Shown here in pieces: positions 17,936-26,775 of a DNA stretch of 64,000 bases. The notes under the pieces were generated by a model that did no database searches, was not told the origin of the DNA, and worked only from the letters and a program-made list of their open reading frames with translations. A program made the position numbers and the translations under genes. This DNA is from a virus (lineage: Duplodnaviria; Heunggongvirae; Uroviricota; Caudoviricetes), in the IMG/VR virus record IMGVR_UViG_3300001798_000005. One strand, 5' to 3'. Each line of letters opens with the position of its first letter. The stretch's first letter is position 1.

Positions 17936-18391
17936 TTAAAAGCGCTTGAACCAATTTAGAGGGAAGAGGATGACGGCCCACTTGTATTTTTCCGCCTCAA
18001 CTCTCGCAATACCGGCGAACTGCGCATCGAGGGACAAGAAGCTGTTCGTGGCCGGAGTATGCCAGGGCGAAAGGTCCGGGTTCCACTCACCCTTGGAGTT
18101 CTGGGTTTCAAAACGAAACAATTCGGGGTGGGGGAACTTCCCTTTCTCTTGCCAGAATCTATCGTGCCAGAGGGATGGGCCATCCCAGGGGCCATCAGGG
18201 CGGGCGACCCCCCAGAGGGGACGAGGGACTGAGGCCTTGTCGTATTCGTAGCCTGCGGCCATAAAGAGGCGTTTTCTGAACCCTACAGGCCCCCACTCTT
18301 GAGTGTAATCCTCATCGAGCCGGTAAAGATTAGTCGCCTCATCGTACTGAAGGACGGGACTTTTGTAATTTTCTTGTGTGCTGTATGTCAT
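17936..18391 (-). CDS. DUF1353 family protein
   Basis: GYEYDKASVPRPLW...GP...PSLWHD. Confidence 0.75.
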   Translation of the reverse strand: MTYSTQENYKSPVLQYDEATNLYRLDEDYTQEWGPVGFRKRLFMAAGYEYDKASVPRPLWGVARPDGPWDGPSLWHDRFWQEKGKFPHPELFRFETQNSKGEWNPDLSPWHTPATNSFLSLDAQFAGIARVEAEKYKWAVILFPLNWFKRF

Positions 18392-18873
18392 AGTACCACC
18401 AAGTCGATCACGGGCGATTCATCAGAAATGCCGCGCAAGACAGCAAATAACTTTTCCACTTGTGCTCTCTCCAGTGGATTACGGCCCAATAGCACGATAC
18501 AGCCAGCCGAGCCCGGCTTGGTATTCTCAGGGTGGAGGCCAATATCGAAGCGCTGATAATTATTGCGCTTGTGATCATAGATTCGTCTGGTATTGCTGGA
18601 ATCGGTGAAGATTTTGAAAAACTCACCAATACCATCATAGTCAGACCACTTCCCGGCCTTGAGGGAATGGAGATCGATCTGATGCCTCCCAAACGGAACT
18701 GGGCTCTTGCCCCTCACCCAATCGGTTCCCTCATAGCCCTTCTGTCCCGAACGGGCCGCCATGCGGTGAAAGAGCGTTCTGGCCTTCTTGGTATCGGGAT
18801 CATAAGCCTGAAGGGTCAGGGCGCCATCAATTGAATGGACCTGCTTGTCAAAATAAAGCGTAAATTTATCCAC
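18388..18873 (-). CDS. Putative endolysin, Tlde1/DUF2778 (YkuD-like L,D-transpeptidase fold)
   Basis: ARSG...SPVPFG...RFDIGLHPENTKPGSAGCIV (H...SxGC); lysis-cassette position; GTG start overlaps the holin stop. Confidence 0.65.
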   Translation of the reverse strand: MDKFTLYFDKQVHSIDGALTLQAYDPDTKKARTLFHRMAARSGQKGYEGTDWVRGKSPVPFGRHQIDLHSLKAGKWSDYDGIGEFFKIFTDSSNTRRIYDHKRNNYQRFDIGLHPENTKPGSAGCIVLLGRNPLERAQVEKLFAVLRGISDESPVIDLVVL

Positions 18874-19123
18874 GCGGCCCAGCCTCACAGTTCTGGCAGT
18901 GACCACAGATCTCCATGATCTTAAGCCGAATATCAGCCAACAGGTCAGGCGTGGAGGCATGGTGCTCCTTCAACGTGATGGCTTCAACGATCAATCGGTC
19001 CATCTTGTCTTCAATCCGATTCATGGCCCCCGACATGGCAAAAACAACCAACAAGGCGAGCCCGATTCTGGAATTAAGGATCTGGCCAATAACTTTAAGC
19101 GTCGCGGGGTTCGGGATCTTCAT
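18866..19123 (-). CDS. Putative holin / small membrane protein
   Basis: One transmembrane segment (IGLALLVVFAMSGAM); between tail fibre genes and the putative endolysin. Confidence 0.5.
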   Translation of the reverse strand: MKIPNPATLKVIGQILNSRIGLALLVVFAMSGAMNRIEDKMDRLIVEAITLKEHHASTPDLLADIRLKIMEICGHCQNCEAGPRG

Positions 19124-19250
19124 TGCTCTTTTCCTGCGTTTCGAGTAAACGTTTCATTTCACCGAGGCGGCGTGTCACTGTATCCAAAGGCCAAAGCCTT
19201 ATCATGCCTTACCCGATCCGTTTTACCTTGGAGGGGTGCTTGGGGTCCAT

Positions 19251-19520
19251 TTAATTACTCTCTGTCGGGGCTGTGAATAAACTTAGCATCTCGTCTCTCG
19301 CCGCACTGAGGGGACCTTCTGCAACAGGCGCGTTTTGGATGATCGCCACGGCGGCAAGTATGTCCCCGGACTCTAGGGCGAGCTTCACTCCGGCCTTCAA
19401 AGGGTAGAACGCCCCCCGCTCTTCTGGAGAGAACGACATAAAGATTTTTTCTAATGCTTCTGGGATCGCTTGGGCGGCTGTAATCTGTTGTGCCTTTTCC
19501 ACGTTGATCTTAATTCCCAT
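19251..19520 (-). CDS. Tail-associated hypothetical protein
   Basis: Start MGIKINVEKA overlapping the previous gene; position after the fibre genes. Confidence 0.5.
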   Translation of the reverse strand: MGIKINVEKAQQITAAQAIPEALEKIFMSFSPEERGAFYPLKAGVKLALESGDILAAVAIIQNAPVAEGPLSAARDEMLSLFTAPTESN

Positions 19521-19782
19521 CAGCGTACTCCCATGCATTTCGGGCGGATCTATCTGTCGGTAGATCCTGAACATCTACAATCTGGAATGGTTTACCGGCT
19601 GGAACATCCTTCATGGCTATATCTTCTGGTGTTACCAACCTAAAGCCGATCGGTAACTCGTCTGTGATTTTAATTAGAGGTATCCATTGACCTGTGATTG
19701 GATTGATAGCGTTGTTAAGTGCTGGAATCAACACAACAACTGAACCATCGTCTAGGGGGTATATAATTCGTTTATTATCCAT
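19510..19782 (-). CDS. Tail fibre assembly-like protein
   Basis: IIYP...VVVLIPA...IAMKDVPAGKPFQIVD..DLP.DR..RNAW pattern common after tail fibres. Confidence 0.65.
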   Translation of the reverse strand: MDNKRIIYPLDDGSVVVLIPALNNAINPITGQWIPLIKITDELPIGFRLVTPEDIAMKDVPAGKPFQIVDVQDLPTDRSARNAWEYADGN

Positions 19783-21008
19783 TATTGATCTCCATAGAAA
19801 GCGGCATATGCACGGGTTTGGTCCTGGGCGCTCCCTGAGGAGTTAAAACAAACCATTCGTATAAGGGAAGCCGTAGGGGTTGTTGCGCTTGAGAAAGCAT
19901 TCCAGCTTCCATCGGAAGCCCCGGTGTTGTATCCCCCAATCACCCCACAATAATTTGCGTCTGAAAAGGCCGTGGTGAAGTTAATGGTGTAGTCGCCTGT
20001 GCCGTTATCCCCAACAGAGCTTACGTTGTAGCTTTTATTAATGGTAACCGTCCCCGTGCCAACAAAATAAACCCAAGCCTTCGCAGCGGATGGGTGGTAT
20101 TGTTGACGCCCTGGGGAGACAAAAGCAGTTAAAGAGCTTCCCGTTTCCTGTTCCGCCTGAGTTGCGGCAGCGTTGGCGCTTTTTCCCACAAAAGCGGTAT
20201 AGTTAGTGCCTCCACTGAAGATAATGGCGCCATCGCCAGTATTGAGCACCAGGGTCGCGGCGCCGTTAATCGTGGAGGTCGTGGGAGTGATCGTCACCGC
20301 CCCAGCGCCGAGGTTGTGAGTGAAATAAGCCCAGCCGGATTCAAACCCCGCCCCGGCCTGAGGAAGCGTGACTGCGATCGCGGATCCGTTGGAGTGGGTG
20401 ACGAGTTTATTTCTGTCGGTTGTCAATACCGTGTAAGTTGTGCCCGTTTGGGCATTGGTGTAATAGGCAGGCGGCAGGCCCCCGAGGAGCATTAAATTTG
20501 TCCCATCATAGGCCTGAAGCTGGAAAGAGGCCGCCGGGAGATCCCCCGAGATCGGGTCATTCCCGTCTGGGCGTTTGAAGGACTTGGCCCCCACGGCGTT
20601 GTAGTTCATCGTGGCCGCGCCGGTGTTGACCGTGTTGAGTTTGGTCAGGACCAGCTCCCCAGTCGTGTAGGCGGTCCGGGCGGGTGAGAGCGTTACCGCG
20701 TAAGTGTCATTTGATCCCGCATCGGCGGCATAATTCCGGGAGCCGTCATACAGGGCGGCAGTCGTGGGGGTAAAGACATTCGTGGTGGAATTGATGGTCC
20801 CCATTGAGATCGAGTCGGTCCCATCATACCAGTTTACTGTCCAGATCGGGTTAGCGGTATCGTCGATCCAAATTGTGCCCGCTTCGGCATAAGCGGGAAT
20901 TGAGCTCCCCTTGTGGTGACACATGAGGGCCTGCTTGCCGTCATTGTCCAATCCCCGATACTGTGTACCGGTTTTCCCAGATCCGATTGTATAAGTCGCC
21001 TGTGGCAT
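19782..21008 (-). CDS. Tail fibre protein
   Basis: Thr/Gly/Ala-rich; C-terminal AKAWVYF.GTG...SYNVSSV.DNGTGDYTINF. Confidence 0.8.
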   Translation of the reverse strand: MPQATYTIGSGKTGTQYRGLDNDGKQALMCHHKGSSIPAYAEAGTIWIDDTANPIWTVNWYDGTDSISMGTINSTTNVFTPTTAALYDGSRNYAADAGSNDTYAVTLSPARTAYTTGELVLTKLNTVNTGAATMNYNAVGAKSFKRPDGNDPISGDLPAASFQLQAYDGTNLMLLGGLPPAYYTNAQTGTTYTVLTTDRNKLVTHSNGSAIAVTLPQAGAGFESGWAYFTHNLGAGAVTITPTTSTINGAATLVLNTGDGAIIFSGGTNYTAFVGKSANAAATQAEQETGSSLTAFVSPGRQQYHPSAAKAWVYFVGTGTVTINKSYNVSSVGDNGTGDYTINFTTAFSDANYCGVIGGYNTGASDGSWNAFSSATTPTASLIRMVCFNSSGSAQDQTRAYAAFYGDQ

Positions 21009-21018
21009 GTTCTACTCC

Positions 21019-24000
21019 CTAGGGGACAATTGCCCCATATCCTTTTGCGATCCAGTCCATGGTCCGCTCGACACCCGTACCGGCAGCATTGAAGAATCGA
21101 ACAGTAAAGCCTGCTGCGGATTTTGATGAAATTGTGACATAATCTCCAGTAGCGAGATCCTGGCCCGTGACGGCAATTGCCGGAATAGCCTTAAAGGCCT
21201 GTGAAAAGGTGATTGTCGATCCGGCTGCGGGACAGACGACATCCTCGGCGGCAATGATCCGATCCGGCATGTCGACTGTAACAGACAAAGCAGTGACGAT
21301 AGGGCTGATTCCATCCTCATATGAATACAGGACAGCCTTAAACTGAAAAGCCCTTGCGGAGTAATCTCCGACAATGAGGGCCGTCCATGCGCTCCAGGTC
21401 GGAGTCCCTGAGGGGTCATCATTTGTTGTCCTGACAAAAATCGTTACTCCCCATTGAGATGCATCGCCGCCATCCCAGTTTGTGATCGCATCAATATCAT
21501 TTCTCAGATCCATGTTATCGTACAGATCAGACCCACTGGCGGTTATCGATCCTGTTAAACGACTGGTATAGACACTTCCGAGATCCAAATATGTCAACCC
21601 GCCCGGATAGGAAGAGAAATCATAAGTCCCGATCGTGGTAATTCCCGCAAGCCCAATATCCCAATTCAAAATATCGTCTATATTAGTCCAATCATCTACA
21701 GTATCGGCACCGGTGAGCTGGAGCGCCCCATCGAGGGTTGAACAGTCAGTGCAGGTTCCGGTGAATCCGGGATCCTCCTGCAGGGTTACGATAACATTCA
21801 ACCCCTGCAACTCGGCCACATTCGTGATAATCTCGGTGGCGTTATCGGATTCAATACCTGAAGTGTCAACTGCCTTAATGAGATAGGTTCCAATCAACAG
21901 GGGAGCTGATATCCCAGTAGCGTCTCGGGAGACTTGACTGATTAGGATATTGGACGTCCCCCAGGTAGCGCTGCCGTCGGTCAGGGGGGAAAATCGAATG
22001 ACGTAATGATCCAAGTCCAGGTCTGTCACGGCATCCCAGGACAGATATGCGGCATCATTAATGACCTGCATGTTGAAATTATCTACATCCCCCGGTGGCG
22101 CCAAAAGCCCAGTAGCGGAACTCGTGGACGTAATATAAGTTGATCTCAGACTTCCCAGCCCCCCAATGGCCCTGACCCTGAAGTCATATTGTCCCGGAGC
22201 GGTATCGAGAAGATCAATTGAATTCCCCGAAGTCGTCCCGATCAATTGATAAGTGCTTGAGGATGCGGCCTTATAGCCGACTTCATACCGTTCTGCCCTG
22301 GCGTCAGAGCTGAAGGTCCACGATATAGTAATTGCTGATCTGATGTTGGCCCCAGATTGATAAAGATATTCCAGAAATTGCAAATCAGCCGGAGGTAATA
22401 GCGCTCCAGTGGGTAATGTCGAATAGCTCGGCGTCTCAAGCGTAATATTGCCTTCAACCCGATCATATTTATCGGGGTCATAGAAGAGAGCCGAGACTTC
22501 AATAATGTGTTTATCAGTCTCCCGAACGGCTAAAACGCGAAATTGCCTCGGGAGAACATCAGTCCCAGTGATGACCCAAACCGCTCCCACGATAGGGGTT
22601 TGGGAAAAAACACTTTCAATCGTCAGTGCCGTGTAGGTCCCTGCTGCGTCGGTAATGTCGCGGTCCTCGATCGTTCCATCTGGCATCGTGACGGAAATTG
22701 AATAAGTTTCCCCAACGGCCAACACGACAGAACTGTCAAGGGTAACGGTTGTGCTGGCAATTGCGGATAATCGACCACCGTAGCGGATTCCAGCATAATG
22801 GGGATCCTGGACTTTGATAATCTGACCTGGCCGGATATCAAAATGGTCCATCCCAGCCCTAAAGGTAACAGTCTCGGTTTCATATTTTTCGCTATCAAGG
22901 ATCCATTTCCCGACCCGGTATGCCTGCCCCTTGGACGTGCAGCCATAAGCGACTGTATCGATTTGTCGCCATCCGAATTGCGCGATCCCATCTGGGTCTT
23001 CAATGACGACAATATCGGGTTTATAACCGGTATCGGGGTTGATGTAGGAAATTGCCGCGACAGTATGACGAGCCTTCAGGGCTGCTCCAGAGTATTCGAG
23101 ATTGCCCCCAATGACGTTGGATCTCGTAACAAGCTTACTGACATCCGTAGGGGCATCCATGGCGGCAGTGATGGATGCCGTTGCCCAATAGGTCATACCC
23201 CTGAAGCATGATGAAAGCGCCGTCAAGACATTAAAGGCCTCTTGTTGGGATGAAATTACGCCATTGAAAGTAAAGCGTGGCTCGACCCCACCGAAGCCAT
23301 CATCAATCATTTCATCACAATAAACCCCAATGGCATACAGGGCCGCTTTATCGATCTGAGATGCGGAAACATTTTCCCCACATCCATAACGTTTATTGAC
23401 GATCATGTCATATAGGACCCATGCGGGATTATTTGAATAGGCGATTGTAAATGATCCACCCCAAACGCCCGAATAAGTTCTCAGGGTCGGATTATAGTTG
23501 TCAGGAACCTGAATTTTAATTCCCTTGATCTCATAAGCCCTTGCGGGCAAATTGGATCCAAATTGGCTGGAGTCCACCGTCAGGCCAACAAGAGCGGTAT
23601 CGTTATGCTTTAATTTAACATCTTTAATAATTGTATAACTTGACCAAAAGCTTTGTCCCTGTTGTCCCGATCCCGGCTCTGCATTGGCGCGTGTGACTCG
23701 AATATCCCAAGGGTTGCCCCCTGCGGGGAGATTAAGCCTATAGCTCACCTCGTATGGAGATGTTGTTTTCCCATTGATCTCTACTGGATTAGTGACATTT
23801 GTCATTGAGGCCAGGACATAACCGCCTCCATTGCTCTGGACTTCAAACTGAATAAATACTTGAGAACCATAAACGTTCCCGGTGGCGGTATCCTGACTGT
23901 ATAGTGCCGGAATTCTGATCTTGATCCGTGCAGCATCGGCTTCAGAATCGGTTATCTGTCGGACCACTGGGGTCCCGAAAATGACTTGAGTCCCTACGGT

Positions 24001-24345
24001 GACTTCAGTTTCAACCCCGCTATAGCCCGGAAGGGGATCCTGGTCCGCTACCCCGGTCAATTCAGAATAAGACACCCCTGAAAAATTGTATGTCCCGCTT
24101 GAGTCCTGTAATGGGGTTTCGTCCAGGAAGATAGATTTCGCCCCATTGACGAGGCCAGAAATCTCCCCCTCGGAGAGGACATCAATCAGTCTGGCTGTTG
24201 TTTTACTCTGGAGGGTGTTTGGCGCTTCTATGGGGGTCTGGACTGATGTTGCAAGATTGCTTTCCCGGCGCTGTTTCCCTCCCCCGGAGCCATAAACGCC
24301 CCATAATTGAGATTGGCGCCTTGCATGTTTTTTAGACAGCTTCAT
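21019..24345 (-). CDS. Tip attachment / host-specificity protein J
   Basis: NTLQS...LIDVLSEGEISGLVNG.KSIFLDETP; YSNNPAWVLYD; EPRFTFN; FN3-like repeats. Confidence 0.93.
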   Translation of the reverse strand: MKLSKKHARRQSQLWGVYGSGGGKQRRESNLATSVQTPIEAPNTLQSKTTARLIDVLSEGEISGLVNGAKSIFLDETPLQDSSGTYNFSGVSYSELTGVADQDPLPGYSGVETEVTVGTQVIFGTPVVRQITDSEADAARIKIRIPALYSQDTATGNVYGSQVFIQFEVQSNGGGYVLASMTNVTNPVEINGKTTSPYEVSYRLNLPAGGNPWDIRVTRANAEPGSGQQGQSFWSSYTIIKDVKLKHNDTALVGLTVDSSQFGSNLPARAYEIKGIKIQVPDNYNPTLRTYSGVWGGSFTIAYSNNPAWVLYDMIVNKRYGCGENVSASQIDKAALYAIGVYCDEMIDDGFGGVEPRFTFNGVISSQQEAFNVLTALSSCFRGMTYWATASITAAMDAPTDVSKLVTRSNVIGGNLEYSGAALKARHTVAAISYINPDTGYKPDIVVIEDPDGIAQFGWRQIDTVAYGCTSKGQAYRVGKWILDSEKYETETVTFRAGMDHFDIRPGQIIKVQDPHYAGIRYGGRLSAIASTTVTLDSSVVLAVGETYSISVTMPDGTIEDRDITDAAGTYTALTIESVFSQTPIVGAVWVITGTDVLPRQFRVLAVRETDKHIIEVSALFYDPDKYDRVEGNITLETPSYSTLPTGALLPPADLQFLEYLYQSGANIRSAITISWTFSSDARAERYEVGYKAASSSTYQLIGTTSGNSIDLLDTAPGQYDFRVRAIGGLGSLRSTYITSTSSATGLLAPPGDVDNFNMQVINDAAYLSWDAVTDLDLDHYVIRFSPLTDGSATWGTSNILISQVSRDATGISAPLLIGTYLIKAVDTSGIESDNATEIITNVAELQGLNVIVTLQEDPGFTGTCTDCSTLDGALQLTGADTVDDWTNIDDILNWDIGLAGITTIGTYDFSSYPGGLTYLDLGSVYTSRLTGSITASGSDLYDNMDLRNDIDAITNWDGGDASQWGVTIFVRTTNDDPSGTPTWSAWTALIVGDYSARAFQFKAVLYSYEDGISPIVTALSVTVDMPDRIIAAEDVVCPAAGSTITFSQAFKAIPAIAVTGQDLATGDYVTISSKSAAGFTVRFFNAAGTGVERTMDWIAKGYGAIVP

Positions 24346-25000
24346 TTGTCAACCCCAAGCTTACCACCACTGAGCCGGTGCGGATTTGGCCATAAACGAC
24401 CGGAACAGGAGAGCCTTGCTCAAATCTATTCGTCGGTGCATTGAGGAGAAATGATGGGCGCTGATCGGCTAATTCTCTAGTGTCGTAATTCTCCTTTCCT
24501 GGCTTGAGATCCAACCTGGGGGCCGTGACGGCACTAATACCGGCAATGGTCAGTCCGGCGCCAATCAGCGCGATTGTCCCATAGGACAGAGTCGCCCCCG
24601 CGATGCTGACACCAGCCGATAGCCCCGCCCCAAAACCTGCCGCAGCCCCTACGGCCCCAAAGGCGGCAAATCCCAGACCGGTCGCCAGTAGCGCGACCCC
24701 GAGGACGAGTTTAACAATTCCCCCCGCTCGGCTGCCACCGCCCGCGCCAGCCACCCAGGGGATGATGTGCAGTTCTGAAGCGCTTCCGAAGCTAAGCTCT
24801 AATTGATCTTCAGAAAGATCAGGACCCGCTTCAGGCTTGCCGTAGACGAGCCTGAAAGTCCCCGGTTCAATGGCGGCCCAGAAGCCCTTAAGCTGATGAC
24901 CTAGCATCGATACTGCCATACGGGCATTGGGGATCTCGAATTCAAATTCAGATCCGAATTTTTCCGCCAAATAGCCGTGTAGAAAAACTTTTTTCTTCAT
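24332..25000 (-). CDS. Tail assembly protein I (lambda gpI-like)
   Basis: VFLHGYLAEKFG; LHIIPWVAGAG; GSPVPVVYG..RTGSVVVS. Confidence 0.88.
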   Translation of the reverse strand: MKKKVFLHGYLAEKFGSEFEFEIPNARMAVSMLGHQLKGFWAAIEPGTFRLVYGKPEAGPDLSEDQLELSFGSASELHIIPWVAGAGGGSRAGGIVKLVLGVALLATGLGFAAFGAVGAAAGFGAGLSAGVSIAGATLSYGTIALIGAGLTIAGISAVTAPRLDLKPGKENYDTRELADQRPSFLLNAPTNRFEQGSPVPVVYGQIRTGSVVVSLGLTNEAV

Positions 25001-25721
25001 GATCTCTCCCTTTATGATCATAAGTCAGGAAATGACTGATCGTTTTTTCCCAATGGCCATAAAGGCTTTGCCGGGATTGGTGATCTTGAATTTGGTGCAA
25101 AATGTGCGCCGAGGAGGTAATGATTCCGACGTGATTCGTCACGGGAGAATGGACTTTCATGAGCACAATGTCATGGATTTGTAGATCATTTTGTTCAATT
25201 TCTCTGAACCCATACTGGGTGAAATTTTCAACAAATAGATCTTCACCCTTCTCCCACCAGAGGAATTCTCTCGGATACTCTGGTAAAGTGATTGATAGTT
25301 GAAGCTTGTAATAATCCTTCAGGAGCGCGAAGCAATCCCCACCCCCATCGGTTCCGCTTGGCCCCCATCGGAAGTCCCGCTCGATCAATTTTGGAATCGG
25401 GACTCCGTCGCCGTAAAAGAATAAATAGGGTTTTCGGCCATCGCTAGGCATCACGACAATCCCCCACGGGACCGCAGTCCTGATCTGGCCCGCCTGATCG
25501 TCGATAGTCGGATATGGAGTCCCGCAGGGGTGAGAATGGACGACGGCCTGAAGACCCCTCAAGGGGCAATGACTGTCAGGAATTTCAAAATAATTTCTGG
25601 GGTCAGGATGGACATTGGGGGCGGGGATATATTGCCCATCGACAATAAAACCACATGACTCCTCTTTCCCGCACGAGAGCGCATGAGTGATGATCTTTTG
25701 CTCTACGTCTGGCCCAAACAC
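24948..25721 (-). CDS. Tail tip protein K (JAB/MPN plus NlpC/P60)
   Basis: EESCGFI; VHSHP...D (JAB); DCFALLKDYY...NHVGI (NlpC/P60). Confidence 0.88.
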   Translation of the reverse strand: MFGPDVEQKIITHALSCGKEESCGFIVDGQYIPAPNVHPDPRNYFEIPDSHCPLRGLQAVVHSHPCGTPYPTIDDQAGQIRTAVPWGIVVMPSDGRKPYLFFYGDGVPIPKLIERDFRWGPSGTDGGGDCFALLKDYYKLQLSITLPEYPREFLWWEKGEDLFVENFTQYGFREIEQNDLQIHDIVLMKVHSPVTNHVGIITSSAHILHQIQDHQSRQSLYGHWEKTISHFLTYDHKGRDHEEKSFSTRLFGGKIRI

Positions 25722-26428
25722 TATAGGGCACCAATTCCAGGGAAGCCCCCAAAGGGGAGATCCCCGTGTTGGCCAAATCTCAACCGGCAAGCTGAAAGTG
25801 TTTTGTTGCAAATATCATTTGCCTCGGTGGTCGCGACCCCATCGCGTGTAAAGTAACTCGCTCCTGCGTACGGGCATGGCATGACCGCCGAAACGTCAAA
25901 AGAGCTTCCATTCCATCTCCGATAGCGGAGATTGCAAAAGTTTTTGAAAATTTGGCGCCCAGGGAGCATTTTCCCCTGCTGGTCAAGTGATGATGCCAAC
26001 TCCCATTCAATCTGATTGCTATTTTGAGAAGACTTTCGATCAACTGTATAGACGTCAAGGGGGAGTGTATGATTACCAGGGTTAGACCCCCCGTCGAGGA
26101 ATTCCCCAAAAGTCCTCATCCGGGTCAAGGTTGCGCCCAAGAGATCAGAAAATTCAATTGCCGCCGCCTGCGCGACTTTATTGACATTGGAAATTTTTAT
26201 TCTCGGTCGGGGCTGAGGGCCTTTTCCGCTATATTCAAATCCAGTTGCTTCAAAGTCAATCGGCGTATAGTCCTGCCCCTGAAAGGCGATCGGAGCCCCC
26301 CCGAGATCAGTGGAGGTAAAATAAAAAGTTGGCCCACCGGCAAAATTACTGGCATCCAAGATATACAGTGCCACCAATTCACCTGGCTCAAAGCGTTGAA
26401 TTCGATTTGCAATAGTCGAATCCGTCAT
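25721..26428 (-). CDS. Minor tail protein L
   Basis: Y.PIDFEATGFEYSGKGPQPRP.I.ISN; Cys cluster C..RYR...C...D.C.K.LSAC.LRFG; FGGFPG. Confidence 0.92.
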   Translation of the reverse strand: MTDSTIANRIQRFEPGELVALYILDASNFAGGPTFYFTSTDLGGAPIAFQGQDYTPIDFEATGFEYSGKGPQPRPRIKISNVNKVAQAAAIEFSDLLGATLTRMRTFGEFLDGGSNPGNHTLPLDVYTVDRKSSQNSNQIEWELASSLDQQGKMLPGRQIFKNFCNLRYRRWNGSSFDVSAVMPCPYAGASYFTRDGVATTEANDICNKTLSACRLRFGQHGDLPFGGFPGIGAL

Positions 26429-26775
26429 ATCAGATCGAATTCCTCCAGGAATGTTGCCTGAACGGTCAGTCCGCCCGGTGCTGGGGTGGCTTGGGTCCAG
26501 TGGTCACAGGTGAACAGGATTGGCGTCGATTCGTTAGGGGGGGTGTAGTAAAAGGATGTATAACCCGCCCGGGCGGTCAGGAAAGTAACAAGATCATCAG
26601 ATTCGGTTTGGGTCAAGCCCTTCCAGGTAAAATTATATTTCCTCTGTAGCCCATTCAATCCATCGGCTGCTCTTTGGGAATACCCATCTCCAAATTGGGC
26701 TTTCAGGATCCTGGCTTGGGTATCCTTGTTTGAATCAGTCGATGGTGCGACAGTTGTCGTTAGTGTAACGGTCAT
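26425..26775 (-). CDS. Minor tail (distal tail) protein M
   Basis: AQFGDGYSQRAADGLN; FYYTPP. Confidence 0.9.
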   Translation of the reverse strand: MTVTLTTTVAPSTDSNKDTQARILKAQFGDGYSQRAADGLNGLQRKYNFTWKGLTQTESDDLVTFLTARAGYTSFYYTPPNESTPILFTCDHWTQATPAPGGLTVQATFLEEFDLI

